This document shows, one piece after another, positions 46,093 to 56,480 of a stretch of DNA of 62,699 bases (position 1 is its first letter; each line of letters opens with the position of its first letter). The position numbers and the translations under genes are program-made. Source of the DNA: Bacteroidota bacterium (GTDB lineage: Bacteria; Bacteroidota; Bacteroidia; Bacteroidales; UBA4417); NCBI GenBank assembly GCA_037128115.1, contig JBAXXB010000001.1, forward strand, positions 1 through 62,699, in the 5' to 3' direction. The notes beneath the pieces are model-generated. The model saw only the letters and a list, made by a program, of their open reading frames with translations. It did not search any database and was not told where the DNA came from.

Positions 46093-47772
46093 TTAATTGA
46101 TCTTGATAAACTTTCCGGAGTCTTTCTTCCCTCCTGAACTTAGAATGTATAAATAGATCCCAGCAGCAAGGTCATCCACCTGAAGTTGCATTTCCTGTTC
46201 CTTCCCGGCGATACAAGGTTGATGTTTACTCCTCACCAGATTCCCCTGAAGATTATATACATCAAGCTTCGCACCTGAGAAGTCGGTTGAATGAAAAATA
46301 ATGGAAAGTGTCGACCGGACCGGGTTTGGATAAAGTTTTAATGCGTTAAGTACATCTGAGTGACTCGAATTTATTCCCAGGGAAGCCGGGTTATATTCCA
46401 CAGCCCCGATATCGGACGAATTGCCATAAGGCCTGGTATGATTGTATAAATCAAAATTGACTCCCCTGTTTTCCGGGAAGGCAGCATTAACAAGGGGAGA
46501 ATTGGGTAAAGGCATGAAACCTGAGTTGGAAAGTTGAGCATCGCTGAGGATACGGGTCAAAAAATTCTGCTTTACGACCGTATTCGCCGAACCGCTCGGA
46601 AACATGATATAGGAATCCACCCCGTGAAAAGAAGTATGGCCATTTTCATAAAAGTCATAATTCCCCGGGTTGACTATCAGGTTTGAAGCGATAAGGTTAT
46701 TTTTTGTGACGGTACTCACAAACCGGATGCCATCCGATTTAGGATTAATAATTGTATTGAATAGAATAGAATAGGATGAGTCCGTTTCAGCAGAAATATC
46801 AGTCACAAAAATTCCATAAACCATCCTGGTGGAATCGTTAGGAAAGAAATTTCTACCGGCATCAACTATAATATTATTGTACAATTTTTCGCCGGCAAGT
46901 CCGAAAACCTGGATACCTTGCCCATTTCCCTGGCTGATAAAATTATTGTAACAATCGCACTTGGACCCCCCTCCGATGATAATCCCTGACATTTGGCCAT
47001 AATACTCTTTCTGGCTGTCGAATAATACAACATTATCAGAAATCTGGCAGTCCTTTGAAGCGGAACTCACCTGAATGCCATCCCAACCGGAATACTCAAT
47101 AATGTTCTTATATATTTTCACCCCTTCAAGCAAGGATGGCAGCAGCAGTGTATCAACCCCGTTACAATTTATCTTTTGTCCAAAATATTGTGTACTTCCG
47201 ATATATAAACCTTCAGTGCCTGTGTGGCCAATATAATTATCATGAATCAGGGTATTGTATTGGGTAAACTTATCACGTGTTGTAAGCAAGCTGCAATCCG
47301 GGTCTGTTTTGGCAAAAATTCCTACCGACAAGCAATTTTCAATACTAACATGATCAATTTCATAATCGGAGCTCATACCACCAATTCCTATTCCTGCACC
47401 ATCAGTAACCTGGGCGATCTTAATCCCATAGAAATTATTGACGTCACCGGTTCCGGTTAGTCTGAAATATCGGCAGTTAAGAATCGACATACCATAATAG
47501 TGGTCGGTATCAAATATAACCTGACCGTTGTGATTCATAAAAATTACAGGTTTATCCTTTTCACCCGAAAAATTTTGGATCCGTAGTAATTTACGCAGGC
47601 CTGAACTGAGTATTACAGTATCCCCTGGCTGAACCTGGTTATAAGGCGAAACTTGGGCATCAATTAGTGTTACTGTAGTATCAACAACAAAAACATGCTG
47701 CTGACTCCAGGCAGGATTGCCTTTGAAGCAGAAACATGTAAACAACAACAAAGCAGTGAATATCCGCAACAT
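46093..47772 (-). CDS. right-handed parallel beta-helix protein with T9SS C-terminal sorting domain (candidate secreted polysaccharide-active enzyme)
   Basis: Signal peptide MLRIFTALLLFTCFCF. Repeated NxxI/GIxV beta-helix rungs. C-terminus LKLYPNPVRSTLSIIF...GIYLYILSSGGKKDSGKFIKIN is a type A T9SS C-terminal domain. Confidence 0.75.
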   Translation of the reverse strand: MLRIFTALLLFTCFCFKGNPAWSQQHVFVVDTTVTLIDAQVSPYNQVQPGDTVILSSGLRKLLRIQNFSGEKDKPVIFMNHNGQVIFDTDHYYGMSILNCRYFRLTGTGDVNNFYGIKIAQVTDGAGIGIGGMSSDYEIDHVSIENCLSVGIFAKTDPDCSLLTTRDKFTQYNTLIHDNYIGHTGTEGLYIGSTQYFGQKINCNGVDTLLLPSLLEGVKIYKNIIEYSGWDGIQVSSASKDCQISDNVVLFDSQKEYYGQMSGIIIGGGSKCDCYNNFISQGNGQGIQVFGLAGEKLYNNIIVDAGRNFFPNDSTRMVYGIFVTDISAETDSSYSILFNTIINPKSDGIRFVSTVTKNNLIASNLIVNPGNYDFYENGHTSFHGVDSYIMFPSGSANTVVKQNFLTRILSDAQLSNSGFMPLPNSPLVNAAFPENRGVNFDLYNHTRPYGNSSDIGAVEYNPASLGINSSHSDVLNALKLYPNPVRSTLSIIFHSTDFSGAKLDVYNLQGNLVRSKHQPCIAGKEQEMQLQVDDLAAGIYLYILSSGGKKDSGKFIKIN

Positions 47773-47791
47773 ACGTATAATAAATTAAGAT

Positions 47792-48982
47792 TTAAACTCC
47801 TCTTTTAGCTCTTTCCCAATTAACGGATTGTGATCCTTTCAGGTATCTTTTTAATCCAAGAAAAACAGAAAGATTCATGATGAAAAAATAATATGGAACG
47901 AATAATAATTTTATACGGATCAACCGGTTTTCAAGATACCAGCCCAAAAGAGCAGAAAAATAGAAAAGCATTTGAAGCCAGAAAAGCAAACTGAACATCC
48001 CGAATTCAAGTATTCCTTCCATTAATGCCAGTATGAGCCCTGCTGGTATGAGAAATAATAGCGCCAAAGGTGCCAGCGTCCATCGCAGAACACGATGCGA
48101 GATGTATTGGAACGACAAAGTTCCATATTTGAAGAAATTCAAAAGAGACCTCAACCTGACAACCGACTGAATACCTCCGGCTGATATCCTGATTTTACGT
48201 TTTAATTCCTCTTTCACGTTAGCTGATGCTGTTTCAATTGCATAGGCTTCCGGATCGTACTGAATAGTGTACCCGTCCTGCGCTATCCGAAGTGAAATAA
48301 TAAAATCATCTAACAAGGTGTCGCGTTCCACTTCACGATACAGTTCGGTGCGGATGGCAAAAAGTTCACCGGCAGCTCCTACAACCGAATATAATTCCGC
48401 ATCCCACTTTTTAAGTGTGGATTCATATTTCCAATACAAGCCTTCACCGGCACCGGCAGCAGCGTCTTTGTCGTTACTGAAAATCCGTTTTTCACCCGAA
48501 ACACATCCTACTTTCGGATTGCTGAACAAACTAACAATCCGCCTGATAGATTCCCTTCCCAGCAATGTGTTAGCATCGCAAAACACAACAACAGGTGTTT
48601 TTACGAAACTCATTCCACGGTTCATCGCACCAATTTTACCTGAGCGTTCAGGCAGATGATATACTTCAACATCCGTATATTTCTTTAATTCCTCAGGCGT
48701 TCCATCATCCGAACCATCGGTAATCCAAATCATATGAAGTTTACCTGCAGGGTAATCCAGCTCATGCGAATTTTTAATTTTCCCGGCAATAAAATCCTTT
48801 TCGTTGTACGCAGCAATAAACAAAGTTACATCGGGTTCGTAATCGGGATCAGGTGGGATTTTTAACGAAAAACCAGCTAACCGCTTGATTTTTATGATTA
48901 TGTAGAGCAGAATTCCGTATCCGATATAGGCATAAAATACCACGAAAAACAAAGCCCAGAATATGATTTTTAATGCTGTCAT
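47792..48982 (-). CDS. membrane-integrated family 2 glycosyltransferase
   Basis: N-terminal TM helix, VTLFIAAYNE, TDGSDDGT, CDANT, and HRVLRW (QxxRW-like) followed by C-terminal TM helices. Confidence 0.85.
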   Translation of the reverse strand: MTALKIIFWALFFVVFYAYIGYGILLYIIIKIKRLAGFSLKIPPDPDYEPDVTLFIAAYNEKDFIAGKIKNSHELDYPAGKLHMIWITDGSDDGTPEELKKYTDVEVYHLPERSGKIGAMNRGMSFVKTPVVVFCDANTLLGRESIRRIVSLFSNPKVGCVSGEKRIFSNDKDAAAGAGEGLYWKYESTLKKWDAELYSVVGAAGELFAIRTELYREVERDTLLDDFIISLRIAQDGYTIQYDPEAYAIETASANVKEELKRKIRISAGGIQSVVRLRSLLNFFKYGTLSFQYISHRVLRWTLAPLALLFLIPAGLILALMEGILEFGMFSLLFWLQMLFYFSALLGWYLENRLIRIKLLFVPYYFFIMNLSVFLGLKRYLKGSQSVNWERAKRGV

Positions 48983-48993
48983 CTCAATTTCGA

Positions 48994-49773
48994 TTATTTT
49001 AAATTCCTGATCTTGCGGGCATAGATATTATATTGATCTACAATTCCTATTTCAAAGTCAGCTAAAGTATTTAGTAGCGTTATTACGTTGTCTATTCCTG
49101 AGTGTTTGTACTCAATGATAAATGTTATGTTTGCATACTGTCTTATAAAATCAGCCGCACCTTGCAATGCTTCTGTTTCCATTCCCTCTAAATCAAGTTT
49201 AAACAATATCTTTTCATTCCTTTCCAATTTCAGTTCCTCAACCAACGAGTCAAAGGTGCGAATTTGGCATTGAAAACTAAAGGAACCACCTTCCTTATCA
49301 AAGAATGAAGCGCCGGTATTGACTGCATTAAATTTGAAGCTAGCTTGTTTCTTCTCATTTCCGAGACCAAACTGATAGGCGTCTACTTTATCCGAAAGTT
49401 TATTCAATTCAAGGTTTCTCAACAAAGCCGAAAAGTTTTCTGCTATCGGTTCAAAAGCAATACACCTGATATTGAATTTGGATAAAAGAATACTATAACT
49501 TCCTATGCACGAACCACCATCAATAAAAACCTTGTATTCCCTGATATGGTCCAGGATGAACTTCTTGACGTTCCATTCGTAATAATAGTTGGCAAATTGA
49601 AAATCGTTAGTATTTTTCCGGCAAAAAAATATTCCGACGGATGTCTTGATAATCCTGTCACTACTATGTGATGCTCTGTTTTTCACATACTTAATTGCCG
49701 AAATAACAGATATAAAATCGCCATACCTGAGGTATTCAAACAGATAACGCCAATACGTAATAATTTTCTTCAT
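48994..49773 (-). CDS. FkbM-family methyltransferase
   Basis: FIDGGSCIGSYSILL (SAM-binding Gly-rich loop) and FEPIAENF, in a pattern typical of the FkbM family. Confidence 0.7.
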   Translation of the reverse strand: MKKIITYWRYLFEYLRYGDFISVISAIKYVKNRASHSSDRIIKTSVGIFFCRKNTNDFQFANYYYEWNVKKFILDHIREYKVFIDGGSCIGSYSILLSKFNIRCIAFEPIAENFSALLRNLELNKLSDKVDAYQFGLGNEKKQASFKFNAVNTGASFFDKEGGSFSFQCQIRTFDSLVEELKLERNEKILFKLDLEGMETEALQGAADFIRQYANITFIIEYKHSGIDNVITLLNTLADFEIGIVDQYNIYARKIRNLK

Positions 49774-49802
49774 TCAACGGAGGATTAAAGGTTATAACAG
49801 AA

Positions 49803-50696
49803 TTACCGGCGAAAAAATTCAGGTATCTTTTTAATCACATTGCTTAGCTTCTTGATGTACCGTTTTGATTCGCCAATTGGCCTGAGGTTTTTCCATTTGG
49901 TACGGTTAAGATGTTCAAAGAAAATTTTCAGGAATTCCTCCCGGTTGTCGTAGGTTTTATACATTGGCTTACGGCCAATAAAATGAATATTGAAAGGATC
50001 GGCACATTCATCAGAAGCAAATGCATTCCATCGTGGATCCAGTTCCAGCCAGCGGTTGGCCATCACAATGTTTAACCCGTACTGGTCAGGATAATTGGCA
50101 AATTTTTCATTATCCGAAATGCATTTTACAACGGTAACAGCGCTATCTTCTTCTCTCCACTTTTTGACATTAATCACTAGAATCCCGGTATTAAAATACT
50201 TGGTTTCAGGATCAAAGCCCAACTCTTTGTAATTTAATATCCCACCCCACGAATTGCTGAATACCTTTAAACGAGGGTCCATAACTGCAGCAAGCATATG
50301 ATCACCTAAGTCAATATTCCAAAGATCTGAAATATCCCGCATCATGATCATATCTACATCAAGGTAGATAATCTTTTCAAAGCGTTCGGGTATAAAATGA
50401 GGAATAAATATCCGGGTATGTATGTTTTTAGGGTAAGAAGTCCGGTCGAAAGGAATCCTCATCGTATCAGGGATGGCATCATCCATAGGTATCCAGTTCA
50501 GATGCATTTTGTCCGAAACAAGAGATGCTGCCATTTTTTTCCCGTTGCTTTTCGAGATACCATCATCAACAATAAAGACCTCAATGTTTTCGCCAGATTT
50601 ATGATGATAATCGACTGATTTTAAGAGCGCGGCCAAAAGTATCACATAATGATTATCACAAGCAACTATTACTGCAATCGGAGATGTTGTATTCAT
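49803..50696 (-). CDS. family 8 glycosyltransferase
   Basis: IAVIVACDNHY, YLDVDMIMMRDISDLW (DxD) and FNTGILVINVKKWRE. Confidence 0.85.
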   Translation of the reverse strand: MNTTSPIAVIVACDNHYVILLAALLKSVDYHHKSGENIEVFIVDDGISKSNGKKMAASLVSDKMHLNWIPMDDAIPDTMRIPFDRTSYPKNIHTRIFIPHFIPERFEKIIYLDVDMIMMRDISDLWNIDLGDHMLAAVMDPRLKVFSNSWGGILNYKELGFDPETKYFNTGILVINVKKWREEDSAVTVVKCISDNEKFANYPDQYGLNIVMANRWLELDPRWNAFASDECADPFNIHFIGRKPMYKTYDNREEFLKIFFEHLNRTKWKNLRPIGESKRYIKKLSNVIKKIPEFFRR

Positions 50697-50750
50697 ACTA
50701 ATGAGATTTATTTCTGGATTAAAAAGTTTTTTGAATTTATTGATGAATGT

Positions 50751-51581
50751 CTATCCGTGTTTGGAGAAATAGATACTAATCCTTTTAAATTCCTTGATTA
50801 TGCGTAATTTTATTGCATTAAAAAAAGTACCGCTATTTTCAACCGATCGGGTAATGGTCCAGGCAGCAGCTTTTAACTGTGTTACCCTTTTTATTTTTCC
50901 GGTTTTAAGAATGGCCAGTGCCATGGAACCATCCTCCGAGCGAGAGTTGCTTTTTATAAAACCTATTTTTAGAGCTTCTTCACGCGGGAAGCAAAAATTT
51001 ACTCCGCCTACGGCAAGGTAAGGTCGGTTAATAGTTCGCAAAGCATGAATAATGTCACGAAAGAATTCGTAGAAAGCATATCGTAAGCGCGATTGTCCTT
51101 TACCAGGAAGAAAGGAATAGGTGCCGGAACTTGCAACGCTTTTCCCCGAAAGTATTGGCTTCAGCATGGTATCAACCCATGTCGGAGGATAAATGGTGTC
51201 AGAATCGCCGGTTAAGATATAAGCACCATGAGAATTCTCAATGGCTGCCTGCCTGGCAAAACCATAGCCCTGCTTTATTTCGAAAACAGGCGTTATTCCA
51301 CACCTGCGAATGATTTCGGAAGTTTTATCTTTCGAATTATTATCAACATAAATGTATTCAACAGCGTAAGTGCTTCTCATTGTGCTAAGTGATGAAAGAT
51401 TGCGCAGTATATTCAATTCTTCGTTCCATGCAATAATATTTACCGATACTAGTGGTGCATCTGACTTCTGGGAAGCAAATCCGGCTCTGATACTTTCAAA
51501 TATTCCTTCAGGAATATCTTCCAGTTTATCATGGTCATATTGGTGCATCCGAATGTTGGCAGGTACTGTTGGACGGAACAT
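50751..51581 (-). CDS. family 2 glycosyltransferase
   Basis: VSVNIIAWNEE, VDNNSKDKT and GDSDTIYPP motifs. Confidence 0.8.
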   Translation of the reverse strand: MFRPTVPANIRMHQYDHDKLEDIPEGIFESIRAGFASQKSDAPLVSVNIIAWNEELNILRNLSSLSTMRSTYAVEYIYVDNNSKDKTSEIIRRCGITPVFEIKQGYGFARQAAIENSHGAYILTGDSDTIYPPTWVDTMLKPILSGKSVASSGTYSFLPGKGQSRLRYAFYEFFRDIIHALRTINRPYLAVGGVNFCFPREEALKIGFIKSNSRSEDGSMALAILKTGKIKRVTQLKAAAWTITRSVENSGTFFNAIKLRIIKEFKRISIYFSKHG

Positions 51582-51632
51582 GCTAGTGCTTTTTTGGAAT
51601 TAAATTTGTCTTTATTTTTTTAAAGTTACGGA

Positions 51633-52793
51633 CTAAGTCAATTTGTTTGCAGCTCCGATTTCACGGTATATTTCCAGCACCTGACGAGCCATTGCTTTCC
51701 ATGTAAATTTCGTAGCCTGAACAAATCCTTTGCTAATCAAACTAGCTTTCAAATCTTTATCCGCGATTATCCGGACCATGGCAGCTGTAATTTCCTCAGG
51801 ATTAAAGGGATCAATCAATATGGCCGCATCACCGGCTACTTCAGGCATTGACGAAGTATTGGAAGTAATCACCGGGGCACCGCAAGCCATTGCTTCGAGC
51901 ATTGGAATTCCAAAACTTTCACGCAAGGAAGGATAAAGGAAGGCTTCGCACTGGCAATAAATTGCCGGTAGATCTGTATTTATGACATATCCTGTAAGTA
52001 TAATCCGGTTTATCAGCTCAGAGTCACCAATTTCATCAAGAATTTTTTTCAGTTCATATTGGTCATAATCAAGCATCACCAGGTGTAGGTCGCTTCCGGT
52101 TTGCTTCAGGAAGTCAGAAAAAGCTTTGAGAGTTCCCTTAGTATTTTTCTTTGGATCGGTATTACCAAGGAAAAAGAAAAAATGGCCGGGCAAATGGTAT
52201 TCTTCTTTGACCCTGTGAAGTTCAGCATGATCAGTAACAGGCTTAAAATGTTCGCTTACACCATTATACACAGTTTCAAGCCTCTGATCCCCTGCCATTC
52301 CAAAAAATTGCCCGATCCTGGCTTTTTCGAAATGCGAAACTGTAATTATCTTCCGGCTTTTTTTGATAACCCGGGGAACGAACATCCTACGGTAAGCATT
52401 GCCGAACTTCTGATAGTTTGTTCCGCTTCCCTCCAGTATTTTCAGGTAACTGCTTTCCATATATATAATGTCGTGCAGTGTAACAACAAGTGGAATAGAG
52501 GTTTTGACAGGAGCTGTATTGCTTGTACAGTGAAGAATCTGGCAGCCGGCTTTCTGGGCAGCTTTTGGCAAAGCAATCTGCTCCCAGAAAGGGTAAAACC
52601 CAGCTTTAAGTTCAACAATTTTAAAATTGGCGGTTTCTTTTATTGCCAGGTAATCGTCGTCAGGCTTTATGAATAATACATATTCATTTTCTGTATCAAT
52701 TTGCTGAAGGTTACGGATTAGTTCGAGTGCAACCACATCCATTCCGTGTTTTTTCTTTCTAAATATGCGCTGAGCTTCTATTCCTATTTTCAT
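51633..52793 (-). CDS. family 4 (GT-B, group 1) glycosyltransferase
   Basis: ESFGIPMLEAMACGAPVITSNTSSMPEVAGDAA (EX7E region). Start trimmed to ATG 52793 (MKIGIEAQRIF). Confidence 0.85.
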   Translation of the reverse strand: MKIGIEAQRIFRKKKHGMDVVALELIRNLQQIDTENEYVLFIKPDDDYLAIKETANFKIVELKAGFYPFWEQIALPKAAQKAGCQILHCTSNTAPVKTSIPLVVTLHDIIYMESSYLKILEGSGTNYQKFGNAYRRMFVPRVIKKSRKIITVSHFEKARIGQFFGMAGDQRLETVYNGVSEHFKPVTDHAELHRVKEEYHLPGHFFFFLGNTDPKKNTKGTLKAFSDFLKQTGSDLHLVMLDYDQYELKKILDEIGDSELINRIILTGYVINTDLPAIYCQCEAFLYPSLRESFGIPMLEAMACGAPVITSNTSSMPEVAGDAAILIDPFNPEEITAAMVRIIADKDLKASLISKGFVQATKFTWKAMARQVLEIYREIGAANKLT

Positions 52794-52845
52794 TATCTTA
52801 TTTCTTAAATTTTTTGTCAATCCAGATGAAGGATATAATCCACGG

Positions 52846-53928
52846 TTAACTAATCAGTAATTTTTTGATGCGGTTATAAACAACTACTTCAAGTAAGTAT
52901 GAAAAAAGGATCAGCACGATGATGTATAGACCATACTCAATTACTTTATTGCCAATGAAACTCAGGTAAGTTGCCTCCACTACCAGGTAAGCATGTGCAA
53001 TATAAATCACATAGGAACAAGGTGCCAGGTATTTGAAAACTCCAAAAATGAGATTAAAGCCCTGCCAATGCAGGTTTTGCCATATCACCGCTCCAAACAT
53101 TACCAAGATTGCAAAAACGAAATGGCGCAATTCAATAAAAGGATAGGCAACCAATGGGTAGCTGTATATTTTGGTAGAAGCAAAGTGGATGGCTAGGTTC
53201 AAACCAAGAATTCCGGCGATTGCAAAAAGTACATAAGCATAAGGCATGATGCCACGAATGCTAAATTTCCCTCCTGTAAGGTATGTTTCGGCAAACCTTA
53301 CCCCTATCCACCAGATAGCAAAATACATTACCAGTCGGTTGACGATAAATGGATAAATGACATAAGAAGCTGCTGCTGTAACGGTAATAATGCTGACCCA
53401 TCTATTAAGTCGCTCTTTATCTATTTTATTCGCGAGAAAGAAGAAGAGCATATAAAACCACCATTCATAGGATAGTGACCAAAGAACTCCATTCCCCATA
53501 TAAGCTGCCGAAATAACATGCGGTTTCTGGGAAATGACATCCTGTAGCATAAATAGGTTTCCTAAAAGGGTTAGCCACTCTGGAGAAGCTAACGTACCTT
53601 CTTTGTAACACTTCAACAGGTAACCCAGCAGGAAGATGAAAAGCAGAGGAACATACAAGCGAATAAAACGGCGGACAAAGTAATACTTAAAGGATTTATC
53701 CTTTGATTTCTCATAAGTGTATTTGATGACAAATCCTGAAAGCACAAAAAACACGATAACCGCTTCAGGTCCAAAACGAAAAGGTATTGCCACATTTACT
53801 CCGAACAAATACATTTTTTGTGGCAGAATATGGAAAAACACTACATACAGTGCTGCAAAGCCACGAAGGGCTTCAAGTCTTTCCAATCTTGGTTTTCTTA
53901 TCTCTTTTTGTATCATGACAGCAAACAA
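52846..53928 (-). CDS. acyltransferase family 3 membrane protein (polysaccharide O-acyltransferase)
   Basis: LEALRGFAALYVVFFH motif and ~10 predicted TM helices. Confidence 0.85.
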   Translation of the reverse strand: MFAVMIQKEIRKPRLERLEALRGFAALYVVFFHILPQKMYLFGVNVAIPFRFGPEAVIVFFVLSGFVIKYTYEKSKDKSFKYYFVRRFIRLYVPLLFIFLLGYLLKCYKEGTLASPEWLTLLGNLFMLQDVISQKPHVISAAYMGNGVLWSLSYEWWFYMLFFFLANKIDKERLNRWVSIITVTAAASYVIYPFIVNRLVMYFAIWWIGVRFAETYLTGGKFSIRGIMPYAYVLFAIAGILGLNLAIHFASTKIYSYPLVAYPFIELRHFVFAILVMFGAVIWQNLHWQGFNLIFGVFKYLAPCSYVIYIAHAYLVVEATYLSFIGNKVIEYGLYIIVLILFSYLLEVVVYNRIKKLLIS

Positions 53929-53930
53929 GT

Positions 53931-55133
53931 TTATTGGCGTTTCAATTTCTTTTCTAAAAGGCGGTCAATAACGTCATCAAATAGTTGAGCCCGGTTTTCC
54001 CAGGAGTTCTTCTCCGCAAATTGAATTCTCTTCTTTATGCTTTCCAGGCTGTCGTTTTCAATCTCACGAACTATTGCTTTGCAAAAATCTTCCTTTCCAC
54101 TGGTAAAACTGACTATTTCATTGAATTCGGGAAGATCAGCAAACGAAGTAAGTACTACAGGAACTCCTACCGATAGGTATTCGTTAATTTTTAAAGGATA
54201 AATATTTTTTGAGTATTCATTACAGATATAAGGAATAAGTCCCACATCACATTTTTGCAATAATCCCGGTACTTCATTGGGTTTTACAGGGGGCAGGAAT
54301 TTCACATTCTGATACCCGGAGAGGCGTTGCTCCACGTTTCTATTCATCAGTTCACCTATAAACTCAAAATCATAATCAGGGAGTTGTTGTACCGAATATT
54401 CGATTGTGTCAATGTCGAAACGTTGATCCAGGCTGCCTATATACCCGACTTTCTTTCTTTTTCCGGTATTATTCAATGCTGTTTTTGCATCCTGGTTGAA
54501 TATCCTGAAATCAACCCCGTTTTTAACCACAAACATTTCCTGGTTAAATTCCTTCATGGAACTGGCAAGAAACTCCGAAGTGACAATTACCCCATCGACC
54601 TGCGTTGCAAAACTCTGATCGGCATCGGTTGCCCTTTGGCCGTATCTGCCTGTATTGGGACCATCATAACAGTAAAACAAGTGAAGTTTTTCGTTTATTT
54701 TCCCTACCATATTTCTGCCATAAATGGCATTATAGGCATTTATACAGACCGGATCATTCATTTCGAGTTTCCGCAGGGCGCGCTTTACGGATCCTGCGTA
54801 AATGAGTGTATTAAGTTTTAAAAGCATTTTATAGAGTGGCTCAATCTTAATGAATTCAACAGGAAGCAGAGGCGGAATCACAAGGTGATAAACTGTTGTG
54901 TCAAAATTGGTTTGTTCAGCTACCATCCTCTTTGCCAGCCCCAACATCCTGGAAACAGGAGCCCTGCCCTTCCCCAATAATGTTGAAAGAAAATCTTTTA
55001 ATGTAAAAGGATACTCAACGAATAATACTTTATTCCTCTTGGCAAGCAACGACATGATCTGTACCGTCGATTTGGTATAAAACCCTTCCCAGGTTGTATT
55101 CGAAACACAGACAATGTTTTTATAGCCGATCAT
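53931..55133 (-). CDS. GT-B-fold glycosyltransferase (group 1-like)
   Basis: 400 aa. The C-terminal half has a GYIGSLDQRFD...GLIPY...KINEYLSVGVPVV pattern typical of TuaH/GT4-like enzymes. The family call is weaker than for its neighbours. Confidence 0.65.
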   Translation of the reverse strand: MIGYKNIVCVSNTTWEGFYTKSTVQIMSLLAKRNKVLFVEYPFTLKDFLSTLLGKGRAPVSRMLGLAKRMVAEQTNFDTTVYHLVIPPLLPVEFIKIEPLYKMLLKLNTLIYAGSVKRALRKLEMNDPVCINAYNAIYGRNMVGKINEKLHLFYCYDGPNTGRYGQRATDADQSFATQVDGVIVTSEFLASSMKEFNQEMFVVKNGVDFRIFNQDAKTALNNTGKRKKVGYIGSLDQRFDIDTIEYSVQQLPDYDFEFIGELMNRNVEQRLSGYQNVKFLPPVKPNEVPGLLQKCDVGLIPYICNEYSKNIYPLKINEYLSVGVPVVLTSFADLPEFNEIVSFTSGKEDFCKAIVREIENDSLESIKKRIQFAEKNSWENRAQLFDDVIDRLLEKKLKRQ

Positions 55134-55184
55134 CTTTTCTCTTTTGTAGGTTATATCAGTTGGACGCGTTTGGTGTTTATAATT

Positions 55185-56390
55185 TTAATCAGGTGTTGTA
55201 GAGTTGTGTTTTGTATGAATAAAGTTTTTATTTGCCCCTTTTATTTTGAGCAGGGATCCCATCATCAGAACCATACCTCCGGGAAGGCTGGCTAAAGCTT
55301 TCATGGTTTCTTTATTATAAAAAGCACCCGGGATTGAGAATAAAAAGGAAAGCAGGCAAAAAATTATTATGATTCCCCATAACAAGGAGTAGCAAAGGCA
55401 AATGCCAAAAATGAAGTTAAAGGGCAGGAATACTGCTCCAAAAAGAATAACGCCTCCCAATAACAAGATTCGGGGCGGCTGAATAAACTGTATGGCCTTG
55501 TCGAAATAATCAATATTCCCCTTTAAAATCAACGCTTTAAAAGCCGTAAAGAAATCCATCCTGAAGTAATGCAATTGAGCTGAGAGCCATCGGCGCCGCT
55601 GGTTACTGAAGACTTCCGCTTTTTGAACTTTTTCATCAAAAACAAAAGCATCGTCGAGGTATTCAATTTTATACCCTTCTTTCAGCAACTTCAGTTCAAT
55701 TTCTTTATCAAAGCCCCCTACTGCAGTTACTTCCGACATCAGTTCCTTGAAAAAGTCATACCTGAAAGCCATCCCTGATCCAATAATGGCTGAAGAAAGC
55801 CCCAGTACACGATGCCCTTTTCTAAAAATATGGTTATTAATTTCTTCACTTACGGCATCTAAAATAGCGAGTGAAGTGTTGGTGTTTTTTGCTGTACGAT
55901 GACCTTGTACGGCCAAAATATTTTGTTCAAAGGAAGCATTTATCTTTGTCAGGAAATCTGTGGCCATCACGTTATCGGCATCCAGAACAACAGCTATATC
56001 ATAGCCGCCAGGCAATATCTCCATAGCTTTGTTCAAAGCCTTGGATTTAGTGCTTTTGTCGAACTTAACTTCTACCACCTTTATCGGCATCTCCCTGAGT
56101 TTAGCCAGAGTTTCCGGCTCGAAGGAATCGGCAATAATAACTATATCATACCTGTTTTTTGGATAATCCTGCAGAAGTGCTTCCCGGGCTACTTCTAAAA
56201 TCACCTCATCCTCCTTGTACCCGGGAATGAGAACCGCAATCTTACGATATGCTGTGGCCGGCAAGTAACCCGGTTGTTTGTAAAAAAGTCCGGCACAGGC
56301 AAAAATGAATATATACAGGGTCGAAATTGCCAGGGCGGCAAATACAACCAACTGTATAACTGAATAGAACGTATTAAATGCCAGGTTCAT
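55185..56390 (-). CDS. membrane-integrated family 2 glycosyltransferase with QRRRW motif (processive-synthase-like)
   Basis: N-terminal TM helix, VLIPGYKEDEV, LDADNVM and NQRRRW, followed by 3-4 C-terminal TM helices. Confidence 0.85.
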   Translation of the reverse strand: MNLAFNTFYSVIQLVVFAALAISTLYIFIFACAGLFYKQPGYLPATAYRKIAVLIPGYKEDEVILEVAREALLQDYPKNRYDIVIIADSFEPETLAKLREMPIKVVEVKFDKSTKSKALNKAMEILPGGYDIAVVLDADNVMATDFLTKINASFEQNILAVQGHRTAKNTNTSLAILDAVSEEINNHIFRKGHRVLGLSSAIIGSGMAFRYDFFKELMSEVTAVGGFDKEIELKLLKEGYKIEYLDDAFVFDEKVQKAEVFSNQRRRWLSAQLHYFRMDFFTAFKALILKGNIDYFDKAIQFIQPPRILLLGGVILFGAVFLPFNFIFGICLCYSLLWGIIIIFCLLSFLFSIPGAFYNKETMKALASLPGGMVLMMGSLLKIKGANKNFIHTKHNSTTPD

Positions 56391-56480
56391 GTGATTTTAA
56401 ATAAAGCGTTTAATTCATGTTTTGTCGAAGCACTAATTTCCGGAATAATCAACTTGTCTTGCCGCTAATTGGAAAACGTA

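Noticed and set aside
47838-49836. Identical 19-mer TTCAGGTATCTTTTTAATC near the 3' ends of two glycosyltransferase genes (47838-47856 and 49818-49836).
   Set aside because: It is a single AT-rich repeat pair falling in different reading frames of unrelated proteins. It is marginally unexpected by chance, but I could not support any structure or function. It would need genome-wide counting.
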